From Mobula hypostoma (Eukaryota): a stretch of DNA of 64,000 nucleotides. The DNA lies in the NCBI RefSeq assembly GCF_963921235.1, contig NC_086109.1, forward strand, positions 15,626,001-15,690,000. The letters run 5' to 3'. A program made the position numbers and the translations under genes. A model generated the notes under the pieces. The model was given only the letters and a program-made list of their open reading frames with translations. It did not search any database and was not told the origin of the DNA. Below are positions 35,500 through 49,125 of this stretch, piece by piece (position 1 is the first letter of the stretch; every line of letters begins with the position of its first letter).

Positions 35500-38400
35500 T
35501 ACAAATGCAAAATAGACAGGAGATGCTGCAAATGCTGGAAATCCAGAGTCACACACACACAAAATGCTGGAGAAACTCAGCAGGTCAGACAGCTTCTTAG
35601 ATCTTGGCGTGGTTTGAAAGAGAAAACATTTCTGGTATTCAGAATCAGAATCAGGTTTACTAACACTGACACACAGCAAGTCATGAAATCTGTTGTATGC
35701 ATCAGCTGTACAGTGCAACACTTAAAAGAAGTGTTAAAAAATAAACAAGTAGTATAAAACTAGCGAGGTGGTGTTGGTGTTCCTGGGTTCATGAAACATT
35801 CAGAAATATGATCGCGGAGGTGAAGAAGATGTTCCTAAAACTTTGAGTGTGTGTCTTCAGGCTCTCGTACCTCCTCCTGGATAGTCATTCATCCCTCCTC
35901 TTTCAGCTGTCTCGAAGATGTCCTCTCAGTGATTAGTTTTGCCCTCATTAATAAACAACAAATTTTTCATCATGTATAATGAAGTCACAGCATTGCAACC
36001 CAGCATGTTAAACTGACACCAAGCAAAGCTAATGACCTAATACTTTCCAGGACTGTCGGTGCTTTCTTAATTTCAGACAAATGCCACAAAGAAATTTCCT
36101 TTATAGCGGTCTGGACAGGGTAGTGAAGGAAAAAAATGTTTTATTCATTCAAACTCCTGCGGAATTATATAATGAGATTCCTATGAGTGTTCTGAACAGC
36201 TTCAACATTTGTCTTAATATTGTGATCTTGTTGATCAGGAAATAATAGTTATGCCGCAAGTCAAATTTGATAGGATTCAGCTCCAAATGTGGGAATGTAA
36301 AAACAGAAGTCAGCGTTCAGCTGCTCCAGCTTATTCTGCCATTCATTTAGCACAGCTGGTCTGATTCTTAACTCCATCTAATCTGGTTGGTTGCTTAGCC
36401 TGTAATAACCTTTATATACAAAAAGGTGCTGGGAAAAGGCCAACAATACCATGAGGAATCCCACCCATCCTGCTCGTGAAATTTTTGACCCAGACCCATC
36501 AGGGAGGAGGCAACATAGCATCTACTCCTGGACCACCAGACTCAAAAACAGTTACTTTCCCAAACCATCAGTCTGATCAAAATCTCTACCCATTAACCCA
36601 CCCCACCACCACTACATACACATCACCTAATGTCAGTTTATGTACATACAATCAGTCTATGGACAGTATATAAATGTTACTTGTACATTATGCTTTGTAG
36701 GATTGCTTTTATATTTATATTTATAGTGTATTTTTATTGTGTTTTTTAATGCTGCAACAGAACTGGAGTAACAATCATTTTGTTCTCTTTTACACTTGTA
36801 TACTGAAGAATGATAATAAACGATCTTGAATCTTGAACCATTCCTAATGAGAAATCACCCTTTCCATCACTATTTTGCTGTGTCCTGTATATAACCCTTC
36901 AATAGATTTTATTCAGAAAGGGTATATCCAATGGATTGCCTCATCTGAGTTCAATGGTTGAGTGGTCTTTCGGGAATGGAAAATTACTCAGAAGCTACCA
37001 ATTGATTATTTAAAGTCTGCATGTGGTGACAACACTGTAACCAGCCAGAGCACAGATTAGCATCAGCGTAAAAAGTATTGGAGAAATTAATGAGATTGAA
37101 AGCCAATAAATTCACAGGGCCTGCACCCAAAGAGACAGCTATGAAGATAGTGGATGCATTCATTGTTATCCCTCAACATTCAATATGCTCTAAATCAATT
37201 CCCACAGACTGGAAGTAAGCAGATGTAACCTCAGTATTTATAAAAGGAGAGAGAGAAAAACCAGGGGACTACATACCAGCTGGCCTGATGTATGGAATAT
37301 GGTAGACTATATTACTAAGTGGCCGTGGGCAAATAGAAAACAATAACAGAGTTGAACAGAGTTAACATAAGTTTACAAAAGGGCAAAGCTTTTGAGTTCT
37401 TTTCACTAATGCATATCCAGCAGAATTGATAAAAGAGTCCAGTGGAGTACATTTAGACTTTCAGAAGCCCCTCAGTGAAGTGCCATGCAAGAGGTTATGA
37501 AACAACAGCAGAACATCTGAGCTTGGCAATAATATATTGTTGTAGATTGGGGATTGGTTGATGAGGACAGAAAAAAAAGAGTGCAGGAATTAACTACTCG
37601 TTTGTGGTTGAACATGTGTGACCTTGAATATGTCTGTGAATGTCTGTAAATACTACCTTAGGCACACACTCACAAGAGGTTGCAGAGGCTGGATTTAAAA
37701 GCAACAACCTGCCATTGGAACTCAGGAGGTTAATAACCATCGGTGGGGGCATCAGAGTCAGAATCAGAATCAGGTTTATTATCATCAGCATATGACATGA
37801 AATTTCTTTACTTAGCGGCAGCAGTGCAATGCAATACATAATCTAGCAGAGAAAAAAAATAATAATAAATAAAATGTAAAAAATAAATAAACAAGTAAAT
37901 CAATTACGTATATTGAATAAATTTTTTAAAATGTGCAGAAAACAGAAATACTGCATATTAAAAAGAAAGTGAGTAGTGTCCAAAGATTCAGTGTTTATTT
38001 AGGAATCGGATGGCAGAGGTGAAGAAGCTGTTCCTGAATCGCTGAGTGTGTGTATTCAGGCTTCTACACCTCTGACCTGAAGGTATCAGTGAGAAAAGGG
38101 AATACCCTGGGTGCTGGAGGTCCTTAATAATAGTCGCTGCCTTTCTGAGACACCGCTCCCTAAAGATGTCCTGGGAACGTTCCCCACAGATGCTGCTTGA
38201 ATGGTCCTGATATCAGGTTTTGAGCCTAAATGTCGATGATTCCTCCTGTACAGACACTGCTCAACATACCGAGATCCTCCAGGAGATTGTTTGTTGTTCT
38301 GTCTTAGGTACACCTCCTTCCAATAAAGGACTTTGTTCCTTTCTTTCAGTGTTAGTTTCTCCAGTCTGCTGCTTCTGAGAATGAGACTTATTTGAGATAT

Positions 38401-40794
38401 CTTCCATTAATCTAGCATGGTTTCCCGTCTTCCATAGGTGGTACCTAAACTATCTCAGTCTCACTTTACCAGATATTTTCAACCCTTCTCCATTCCTCTC
38501 AACTTAAAACAAACTTGTTTTTAAAAACATCCAGTTCTAATAAAGCTATGATGCATAATCTGCTAATTATTTTCAGTTTACCACATTTTGAAATCACGGA
38601 GCAGAAAATTTGGGTTTCCCCATGTAAGTGTGCAATGGACTGACATTTGATGGTGTCTGCAAAACATTGCCATTAATATTTTGCAAGTTCTCAATGTTAT
38701 CAGAATGAAATTCAGTACAAGTCCTCCCTGGGTTATGGCATGGTTAAAGATAAAGGTTAGCTTTATTTGTCTCAACTGCATCAAAACATTGAAACATACA
38801 ATGAAACGCATAATTTGCATCAACACCAACACAGTCTGAGATGAGCTGGGTGCAGCTTACAAGTGTCGCAATGCTTCCAGTGCCAATATAGCATGCCTGC
38901 AACTCATGAACCCTAACCTGTACACCTGTGGAAAGTGGAAGGAAACCGGAGCACCTAGAGGAAACTCATGCCACCAGGGGAAATTGAACAAACTCCTTAC
39001 AGACAGTGGCAGAAATCAAACGCCAATCAGTACTGCTGGCTCTGTAATGTGATTGTGCCAACTCCGAAGCTACCACGTCACCCTTGTTCCAGACATCCAC
39101 CGCACTTGCATCTCCTCTAAATCTCTCCCCTCTCACTTTAAACCCAGACCCTCTACTCCCAGACTCCCCTGTCCTGAGAAAAAGATTGTGGCTCTCTATC
39201 TTATCTCTGACCCTCATTTCTGTAAACCTCTGTAAGATCTTCCAACCTATCCAATCTTTCCTCAAAGCTACAGCCCTCCATTCCTTGCAACATCCTGAAT
39301 TTCTTCTGTACTGTCTCGCTATTGCTACCACATCAGAACTGTACAGTGCAGTCTAATCAATGCTCTGTTTGCTTGAGAATTCTTTGAGGACCTGACGCCC
39401 TTTCTGAGGTTCATGGCAGCAATGGCAAATGCAAGATCTTTAGTGGTGTTGACTTGTAAGCAAACACATTCTACGTAAGAACATGATTTTGGATGTGCAG
39501 TAAAGGAAACTAGGAACAAGATGGTGTTGCTCCGTCTCCAACTAATGGTGTTATTGTTTGTCCTTTTGTTATGATCGCAAAACACTGCTGGATATTAAGA
39601 ACACGAAGTACGTGCACCTTATTATTTGTTAATTTAAGTACTGTGCTGTACACCTTGGTCTGGAGGAATGTTGTTTCGTTTGACGTTATTTGTGTGTATG
39701 TTGAATGACAATTAACTTGAATTTAAAGTTGAATTAGATTCAGATTTATTTATTACAGGTACAGTACGTCGAAATATACAGCAAAATGTGTCATTTGTGT
39801 GAACATCCAACACAGCCATGGGTGTGGTGGGGTCAGCCTGTATATGTCACTACACATTCCACTGCCAACATAGCATGCCCACAATGTTCAGGAAAGCAAC
39901 ACAAGCAACAACAATAACAAAACAAGACAACAACAGCACAACAAACTCCTTTCTCACCTTCCTTTTCAGCCACCTACCTTCACACACACACACACACACA
40001 CCTCTGGGCCTCCAGCCATTGGCCTCGGATTCTCAGATTGGCCTCCAACATCAGACTTTACCTCACAGCTCGTTATGGGTTTAACCTTTCGGCTGCGTAT
40101 TCCTGACTCACTCAGATATCCAACCCCAGTGACCGTGGCCCAATTGACTCATTTGGCCTTTGACCTTCTGGCTTCTACCTCCGGATCGCTGTGCTCCGGT
40201 CATCTCACAACTGTTAAAATGGCTTTTGCTTTATGTGGAAGGCTTAAGGGGGTGTTTTTCATCATCCCGTTATTGCACCAAAAAGAGGGAAAACTCTATT
40301 TTCTTGGAATATGTTGGTAATGTCTGCTTTTCCACCACCTTTGTTTTCAAAGGAATTTCACAGATTGTTCTGACGCCATTTGGCCCGTAGGCCTTGGATG
40401 TTGGTAATCTCTCTATGAAGAAGATTTCAAGAGACGCAGATTTGAATTTTCAATCACTGTATTCAGATTAAACAACTGTTCCCTTCTTTAAAGATTCAGC
40501 AGACTCATTTCCTGCTTGTTAAGGTGCCACACGGTGATTATCCTGCTCTGATCTGATTGCTTTACTCAACATCATGAACAATAAATATCATGAGGACTGA
40601 GCAGAGCCAACATCGTAATCCAGCAGATTGGTGAAAGTTTAAATTTCCCAGAACACTAAACGTAATTTGGAAACTAATGACATTTAGAAAATTAACCTCT
40701 TTCAAACCTCGAAGATAACAAGAACTTGTCATTCCTAAACTAAAACTGAACTGACTTCACCATCAACTTCTCCTCAAACCTTAAATTCTCCACA

Positions 40795-41300
40795 AGACAA
40801 TCAGATATAGGAACAGAATTAGACCATTCAGCCCGTCAAGTCTGCTCCACCATTCAACCATAGGTAATTATATTGCTTAACCCCATTCTCCAATCTTATA
40901 ATTCTTAACCCCCTTAACAATTAAGATTATGACAATCCCTGTCTTAAATTCACAGAGTCTTGCCCTCTATGGCCCCCATGGCAACAAATTCCAAACATTC
41001 ACAACCCTCTGGCTGAAGAAATTCCTCCTCATCTCAATTTTAAAGGCACATCTCCTTATTCTGACTCCTGCTGTTGGAGACATCTTTCCATATCCACTCT
41101 ATTCAGTCTTTCATTGTTCAGTAGGTTTCGATGAGATTTCCCCCAATCCTTAAGAGCTCCATTGAGTATAGGTCCAGAACCATACAATATTCATTTGTTA
41201 AGCCTTTCATTCCCAGGATCTTTTTCGTGAACCTCCTGTGGACCCTCTCTAGGGCCAGCACATCTTTCCGTAGAATGGAACTCAAAATTGCTCACAAGTT
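40795..41300 (-). mobile_element. Old CR1 LINE 3' fragment
   Basis: Diverged match to 14550-15110. Confidence 0.75.
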
Positions 41301-42611
41301 TTCCAAGGACAAAGAATGTCCTCAGATCCAAGGGGACACCATCACCTGAGGTTCTCTCCACATTATGTATCTTCCAGGTTTGGATTAGAAACTGCTGATG
41401 CTTTCTCATCACTGTGTCTACATTCTGGTGCTTCACACCCAGTTACACATGGACAGGTGGAAGTTCTTCCGGTAGAAGGGCTGCAGTTGTTCAAGAAATG
41501 AGAACCATCCTTGAGAGCAATTGGGAAGGGGCAATAACTGTTTAACATCTAAATCCAGAAAGAGAATTTTTTAAAAATCAAGTAAGTTGAGCCTTGATGT
41601 TCAAAGCCCTGGGTCTGCAAGCCCACTGGGCATGTCGGAAACCCAACCTCTGTGAGTACATTGGAGGCTGGAGGCTGGAGGCTCAGAGGCGGCCTGTCCT
41701 GGATTAGAGGCCTATCTCTGTGTGTGAGCTTGTGGGTATTTCTGGGATGGAGGAAAGAAGCTTATTTTCTCTCATTGTTTTGATGCTGTTGTGTTGTTTG
41801 TGATGTTCTACCAAATATTGTGGCCATGCTATGTAGGCATTGGAAAATGTAGTGACACTTGCAGGCTGCCCCCAGCACATCCTTAGATTTTGTTGGTTGT
41901 TAACACAAACAACACATTTTACTGAGCCCTTTCTCCTATGGTCTACACTCCTCTCCTATCAGATTCCTTCCTCTTCAGCCCTTGACCTTTTCCACCCACC
42001 TGGCTTCACCTATCACCTACCAGCTTGACTGCTTCCCCTCCTCCAACCTTTTAATTCTGGCGTCTTCCCCCTTCCTTCTCAGTCCAGAAACATTGATTAT
42101 CTATTCATTTCCATAGATGGTGCCTGGCCTGCTGAGTTCCTCCAGCATTTTGTATGTGTGACTCTGGATTTACAGCATCCGCAGAATTTCTTGTGCTAAC
42201 ATTTCATTGAATGTTTTGAAGTTCATGTGATAAATAAATGAAGCGGATAAGTTATATTCCACTGTGTCATGGTGAAACTCCCTTGGGCATTTGATGGAAT
42301 ACAAGTAACCAAAATGGGTAGACTCTCAGAGAGTTGCTATTAGTTTATTTTTGTCGTGTGTACTGGGATACCGTGAAAACCTTTATTTGCGTGCCATCCC
42401 AGCAGATTAAGCAATATATAAATTACATTTAGGTAGTAATAAGAAAAACCAAGTGCAAAATATAATCTTGCAGCTATAGAGAGTGCATAGTGCAGATAGG
42501 CAAAGAAAATGAAAGGGCAGTCAAGTGGTGGACTGGCGATCAAGTGTTCATTTTTTAACATACGAGAGGTCCATTCAAGAGAATATGTCAGGTCACTAGT
42601 AAACTCAAGTT

Positions 42612-44147
42612 TTTTAAAATTTATCTATTTACGGGATATGGGCATCTCCAGCTAAACCAGCATTTATTGTCCATCCCTGGTTGCCCTTGAGAAGGTCGTG
42701 ATGAGCTGCCTTCTTGAACCACTGCAGTCCCTGAGGTGTAGGTACACCCACAGTGCTGTTAGGGAGGGAATTCCATGATTTTGACCCAGCGACAATGAAG
42801 GAATAGCGATATATTTCCAAGTCAGGATGGTGAGTGACTTGGAGGAAAATTTCCAAGTGGTGGTGTTCCCAGGTATCTGCTGTTCTTGTCCTTCTAGATG
42901 GTCGTGGGTCCGGAAGGTGCTGCCTTAGGAACTTTGGTGTGTTGTTGCAGTGCGTCTTGCAGATAGTACACACTGTTCATCAATGGTGGGGGGATTGGAT
43001 GCTTGTGGAATGTGTACCAATCAAGTGGGCTGCCTTGTACGGGACGGTGTCAAGCTTGTTGAGTGTTGATGGAGCTGCACTCATCCAGGCCAGTAGCGAG
43101 TGTTCCATTACACTCCTGACCTGAGCCTTGTAGATGGTGGACAGCCTTTAGGGAGTCAGGAGGTGAGTTACATGCTGCAGGGTTCCTAGCCTTTGACCTG
43201 CTCTAGTAGCCATGGTGTTTATATGGCTAGACCAATTCAGTTTCCCAGACATCCCACCCTGCAAAAACTCATTTCAGGGAGGTAGCACCATCAATTTGCG
43301 GGAGACTTCCAGGAGAGGTGAGATGTCTGCAATAGAGTAGCTCCTTAGCAGCTGGCCAGCTAGTTTAAATAACGTTAGCTATGCTAATGAACGAATGACA
43401 CCTGTTAAACTCACCTCAACACGTCTTTTACATTTTAACCCACCATGGGCAATAGAAAAGTCACTGTTGCAAACAGTGTAGCAAGCAACACTGTCATTAT
43501 TTTGACTCTATTAGGCAGGGGTACACTTTACTGTAGTCTGGGGTGACGTACGTTTTATATATTTTTTTGGAACACTCTGCCATGGCGCGGTCTTGCTCGC
43601 GCTCTCACTTGCTTTCTCTCTTGCTTGCTGTCTTTCGCTCTCTCGCTCGCTCTCGCGCTGTCTCTCGCTCGGGCTCTCTCTCTCTCTCTCGTGGTCACTC
43701 TCGCGCTCTCTCTTGCTTTCTCTCGCTCGCAAAAAAATTGATTTCCGTGATATTGTATATAATTTGCAGGCATCAGGGAGCCACTATTCATATGCAGAAG
43801 ACTCCCGAACTTCTGGGAGAGGTGGGATGTCTGGTTTCCTGTCAATGGAAACCCCCAGGATGTTAATAGTAGGGGATTCAGTCATGGTGATGCCACTGAA
43901 TGTCAAGGGAAGATAGTGAGAACCTCTCTTGTTGGAGATGGTCATTGCCTGGCGCTTGCGTGGCTCGAATGTTACTTGTCACTTGTCAGCCCAGGCCTGG
44001 ATATTGTCCAGGTCCTGCTGCATTTGGGTATGAAATGCTCCACTATCCGAGGAGTCCTGAATGGTGCAGAACATTGTGCATTCGTCTGTGAGCATCCACA
44101 CATTGGACTTTATGACGGAAGGAGGGTCACTGATGAAACAGCTGAGG
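42612..44147 (-). mobile_element. CR1-clade LINE of a second family, split by a MITE
   Basis: SKSWNSLPNSTVGVPTPQGLQWFKKAAHHDLL; 3' end caataaatgctggtttagctggagatgcccatatccc; interrupted at 43246-43833. Confidence 0.8.
43246..43833. mobile_element. 588-bp MITE with CAGACATCCCACC TIRs, 6-bp TSD and internal CT/CG microsatellite
   Basis: cagacatcccacc / ggtgggatgtctg; gtttcc at 43240-43245 and 43834-43839; host LINE resumes across the site. Confidence 0.88.
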
Positions 44148-44695
44148 TGCGGGAATCACAGAGACTTCGGCAATTCAAACAAAAGATTTATTACTGAAAT
44201 TAACCAGCATAAACTAATGGGAACTCAAGCAAACCAGACAGAATCTTGAAGAACTAAAATCACTCATGATATATTGAAGAACTCAAGTCAGTTTCACCAG
44301 AAAAGGATCCACAATGACCCAGCAAGCAGGCCTGCCCCCCCACCCCCCAGAATACACCCTGGAGCGTATAGCACCAATCAGACAGCCCCTGTATCCAAAT
44401 GAAGCAATAACCCCCGAAGGCAACAACTACAATGCAAGACATTGAAAATTCTGAGCTAATTTATTTATCCCAAATTGAATAAAAATGATAAATACAAAGA
44501 GAGCTTAACAATCCCCATGATACTAAATGAGACACACAAAGTGAAAAACCCAGAGCCAGTCCAAGGACAAACAATTAGACATATAAGGCAAACAATCCAA
44601 GGAACAGTGTGTGCCCACAAGACTACACTAAGAAAATACAATCCACATACTAACTGAAAAATGTTTTCTTTTTTTAACAACCCCTGGCTGTGACA
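44148..44695 (-). mobile_element. Putative solo LTR
   Basis: Minus strand tgtcacag...cccgca with AATAAA about 40 nt from the 3' end; no TSD recognisable. Confidence 0.45.
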
Positions 44696-45145
44696 GAATG
44701 ATAAATGGCAGGATAGAAGCTGTCCTCAAGTCTAGTGCAATGGGCTTTCAAGCTTTTGTATCTTTTGCCCAACTGGAGAGAGGAGGCATGAGTTTGACCA
44801 GAGAACTTCATTATGTTGGCTGCTTTCCCAAGGCAGAGAAATGTATAGATGGAATCAATGGAATGGAGGTTGACTTGAGTGATGGTCTATGCTGTGCTCA
44901 CATTTCCTTGCAATTTCTTTAGGTAGTAGGGAGTTGAAGGCCTACATATTTACATAAATACTTTTCAAACTTGGGACCGTTATAGGAAAAGGTACGATGC
45001 CCTGTGGTCAAGAGGAGATGAGCAAGAGATCAGATTTGGTGGAGCTCAGGCACCCTGGAGAATTGTGGGGCTGAGATATATTACAGAGATAGGGAGCAGT
45101 GAGGCACAGCAAGGTTTCTTACATGAGGATGAAATGTTTAAAATA

Positions 45146-46193
45146 CCCTCAGTGGCCACTTTATTAGGTACACCTGTACACGTGCTCGTTAATGCATATA
45201 TCTAATCAACCGATCATGTGGCAGCAATTCAGTGCACAAAAGCATGCAGATGTGGTCAAGTGGTTCTGTTGTTACTTCGACCAAACGTCAGAATCGGGGA
45301 AGAAATGTGATCTAAGTGACTTTGACTATTGGTGCCAGACGGTGTAGTTTGAGTATCTCAGGAACTGCTGAGACTTCCATGCACAACAGTCTCCAGAGTT
45401 TACAGAGAAAGGTGCGAAAAACAAAATGTTATCCAGTGAACTACAGTTCTGTGACCAAAAATGCCTTGTTAGTGAGAGAAGTCAGAGGAGAATGGTCAGA
45501 GTGATTCAAGCTGACAGGAAGGTGACAGTAACTCAAATAACCATGTGCTACAACAGCGGTGTGCAGAAGAGCATCTCTGAACACACAACATGTTGAACCT
45601 TGAAGTGGATGGGCTACAGCAGCAGAAAGCCACAAACGTACACTCTGCGGCCACTTTATTAGGTAGAAGAGTGTCCTTTGGAGGATGTAGTTTATTCTGT
45701 TTGGAAAGCCGCTTCCATCGTGTCAACTGGTTCATTTAGAGTTGCGAATGTTCTTTTCCCATTGGTTGGCTTATGGGCGTAATGGAGCCCATCTCATCCT
45801 GGGCACCTTGGGGGTATAAAAGATAGCACATGCAGAGGGTTCTCCCCCTTTCTTTCTTGCCACTCACAGGGCCCAACTTCAGGCTGAATTTGCGACCGGC
45901 ACTGAAGGACCATTGAGAAAGAGCATTGCAGACATAAAGTATCCGTTCGTAAAATACTTCCTTATTGGGTTTTATAAATCGGGGAAGTTCAGCAGAGTAT
46001 CTGTTCATTTAAAGGGTAACTGAATGTATGGTGTAGCGGGTACGGGTAGCTCAGATGAATACTTGTTTAGCTAGATGCCCAATTTAGTGTTTCACACACC
46101 CATTTTTAAATCCGTGCCTCGCTTCATTCATTGGATCCTCGAGCCTGTTCTCCCACGTTACAAAGCGGTACCTAATAAATTGGCCACTGAATG
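45146..46193 (+). mobile_element. Family A non-autonomous Tc1 derivative (552 bp without the insert)
   Basis: TA-ccctcagtggccactttattaggtac ... gtacctaataaattggccactgaatg-TA; inner TIR at 45641-45665. Confidence 0.88.
45672..46162 (+). mobile_element. 491-bp solo LTR
   Basis: tgtcc...gttaca termini, 5-bp TSD aagag/aagcg, TATA-like ggggtataaaag; removal restores the hairpin seen at 311-365. Confidence 0.82.
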
Positions 46194-48835
46194 TAGATGT
46201 ACTGCAAAACAGTGCAACCTTGCTGTGCATGTCCTAGGAACTCAGAGGGCAGACGTACAGGTAGATATGGTAATTACAGTGGCTTATAGAAGCCTGGCTT
46301 CATTTGCTGGGGCACAGAAAGGAAGAGCAAAGAAGTTATGGTACATAATATAAAACATGAATTAAGCAAATAATGGGCTATTGGGACAATACAGGCTACT
46401 GAGTTTTGAATAAGCTGAAGTTTATGGCTTCTTATGGCTCCCTCAGTACTATACATATCTGATCAGTCTGACAGAAAACTTTGTAAAGCTCTCATTTTAG
46501 TTCCTTTAGTACCAACCTCACATCAGATCAGATGAATAGTACCTCTTGAGCTGAAATGATAATCTTTACACCAGGACACACTTAGATAATTTGGCAGATA
46601 CTTGATCCTGGATAATTGAAGATGCTGTGTTTTAGTAGCTAAACTGAAGCCCCTACAGCTTTGTAGGATGAGGAAGAAAATATCTATGGCATTATTCAAA
46701 GAGTAGTAATGGATTCTGAAGTACTTAATTGCCTATAAACCAGGATGTTCTGAACAGGTATAATATAATTCCCATCTTTTGAGTTTCTCTTTCATTCAGC
46801 TCATCTGCTGTGCACAATTGACTACTAGACTGGTCTCCAACCTTCAGTCAAATACAAACCATTAAAGTGCTTTGGATTTAAGATACAGACCCCAATGGGA
46901 ATCTATTGTGTAGCACCAAGTACGAGACAGCTGTTGTGGTAAATATGTTTGATAAATCAGATTGCGAGTTTTCATATCCATTAACAGTTATAATGAAATC
47001 TTTAATAGCTTGACTGGAGGTATCAGAGATTGGATCCAGCAGCCCTCGCATGCACAATACACACACACACACACACACACACACATAACTACTGAGCTAC
47101 ATCGCACCATGAGGAACCGTGATAATTAGCAGCACTTGGCTAACTGGGAGATGGACAGCGGAAGATGTTCTTGCTTTACATTTAAACTCCAATTCAGTAT
47201 TAACTGGGGACGTACCTGATGTATGAAGCCCTTATCCCACCCCCGTGTTCAATCCTCAGTATTTACAAGTCATTTATTATGTCGTATGAATAGAATTGTG
47301 ATGATTTCAAACAGCAGACAAGAATTATACTTGATATGAATAATTTCAAAGGTTTCTAAGTATTGGTGTTGTAAATAATTTTGGACCTGGGTTTGCTCAA
47401 AGTTCTTCTTTACCGAATTGAAACTCTATTCACTTTGAGTATCATAGTACCTTCTCTGTTTCTTCTACATCACTTCTAATCTCTAAAGGAGGTGAAACAC
47501 CTTTCCAGGCCTGAATCCAAGATCCGGACACCACTGGGCATTACTGGATTGTAAATGCTGGCCTGGATAGACTGAAAGGGCAGGCTGTCGGGATCAGAGG
47601 TGAGGGTTGGGCCAATTCCGCTCAGTCTTCCACATGATCAATCCTCTCTCTGTGGCACTGAGGCTGCAAGGCTGCTCCAGCTGCTATGCGATTTGTGCTG
47701 CAAGGTGCGCGGTGATGAACTGAGACCAAGGCTTTGGGCCTGCTCCAACTGTTCCGGGATTCAGGTCGATGGACTCAATTTGGTTCGGAATGCTGTTGCT
47801 TGCTTCTATTGTTTGCATGGTTTACGTGTTTATTTTAACCTCTTTCTATGTGCAGTGGGTGTTGGTCTTTCTTTTTTTAATAAGGCTCTTTGGAGTTTCT
47901 TGTTTTGTGGCTGCCTGAAAATAGACGAATCTCAAGGTTGTATAACTTACACATACTTTGATAACAAATATATTTTGAACTTTGTAAATAATAACACTAC
48001 TGTAAGCGAGGGTCTGAACCCATGATTGACTCCATTGCCTCACTCCAATTAAGGTGTCAAGCGAGGTTGAAGGTCAACGAGGACGAGAGCAGAGGATGGG
48101 TGGGCGTTTGGTGCTGTCTGCCTGCATTTGACCGGTCTTCCTCTCCCTCTGCTGTCAGAGGAAAGTGCCAGAGTCTTGGGATCCAAGTTGCAAAAATTGA
48201 TCAGCAAGGCTGTGGACTTGTTTTGGGAGGATTTTGTGTTCCTGGATTCTGGTTGTTTTTTTTTGCTGTTTTTGAGCAGACTGGGGCTCCATTGTGAAGA
48301 ACAGTGCTGTGGCCAGCAGTGGACTAGTGGCATGGCCATGAACTGAACTAAACTGAATACTACTGCACCACTGGTTTGATATTTGATATTCTACGTGTTG
48401 TTTGCTTGCTTTTTGTTATTGGCAAGGTTTGGTCTTTTTTTGTGCATTGGGTGTTTAATATTTTCTTGAGCAAGTTCCATGGTGCGTCTTTGTTTCATGG
48501 CTGTCTGTGAAAGAACGAATCTCAGAGTTGTATTCAGTACATATACTTAGATAAAATATGTACTTCGAATATATTGAATTACCTGGTGCAGTGTTTGAAA
48601 ACAATCCCAGTAGTACATACTCAATATGATATCAATATATTTTTAGAAAAAAATCTTCTAGGGCTAGGAATTTAATTTCTCATCTACTGCAAGCCTAAGG
48701 TCTGATCCACTTAAGATGATGATATCAGACAGGAACAGTGATTACAACGGAATAAAAATGATCCCAACCTAACTCCCAGTCCCTGTCCTCTATAGTCCTT
48801 TGAAAACTGTTAAATTTAATTCAATCAATCAATAT

Positions 48836-49125
48836 ATTTTATTTGGAGATACAGTACAGAACAGGCCCTTCCAGCCCAATGAGCCACAGCACCAGCAACC
48901 CACCTGCTCAGCAGTAGCCGTATCACAACACAGTTTACAATGACAAATTAACCGACCAATTGGTAAGTCTTTGGACTGTGGAAGGAAACAGGAGCACCTG
49001 GAGGAGACCCACATAGTCACGGGGAGAACGTACAAACTTCTTGCAGTCATTGCTAGAATTGAACTCTGAACTCCAATGCCCAAGCTGTAATAACATCATG
49101 CTAACTGCTCCGCTACTCTAGCACC
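48836..49125 (-). mobile_element. tRNA-derived V-type SINE
   Basis: Minus-strand gttctccccgtgactatgtgggtctcctccaggtgctcc core; related copies near 23244, 26478, 26785, 27986, 38755 and 63483. Confidence 0.7.

Noticed and set aside
43511..43916. Overlapping Arg/Glu/Ser/Leu-rich ORFs
   Set aside because: Translations of the CT/CG microsatellite inside a MITE
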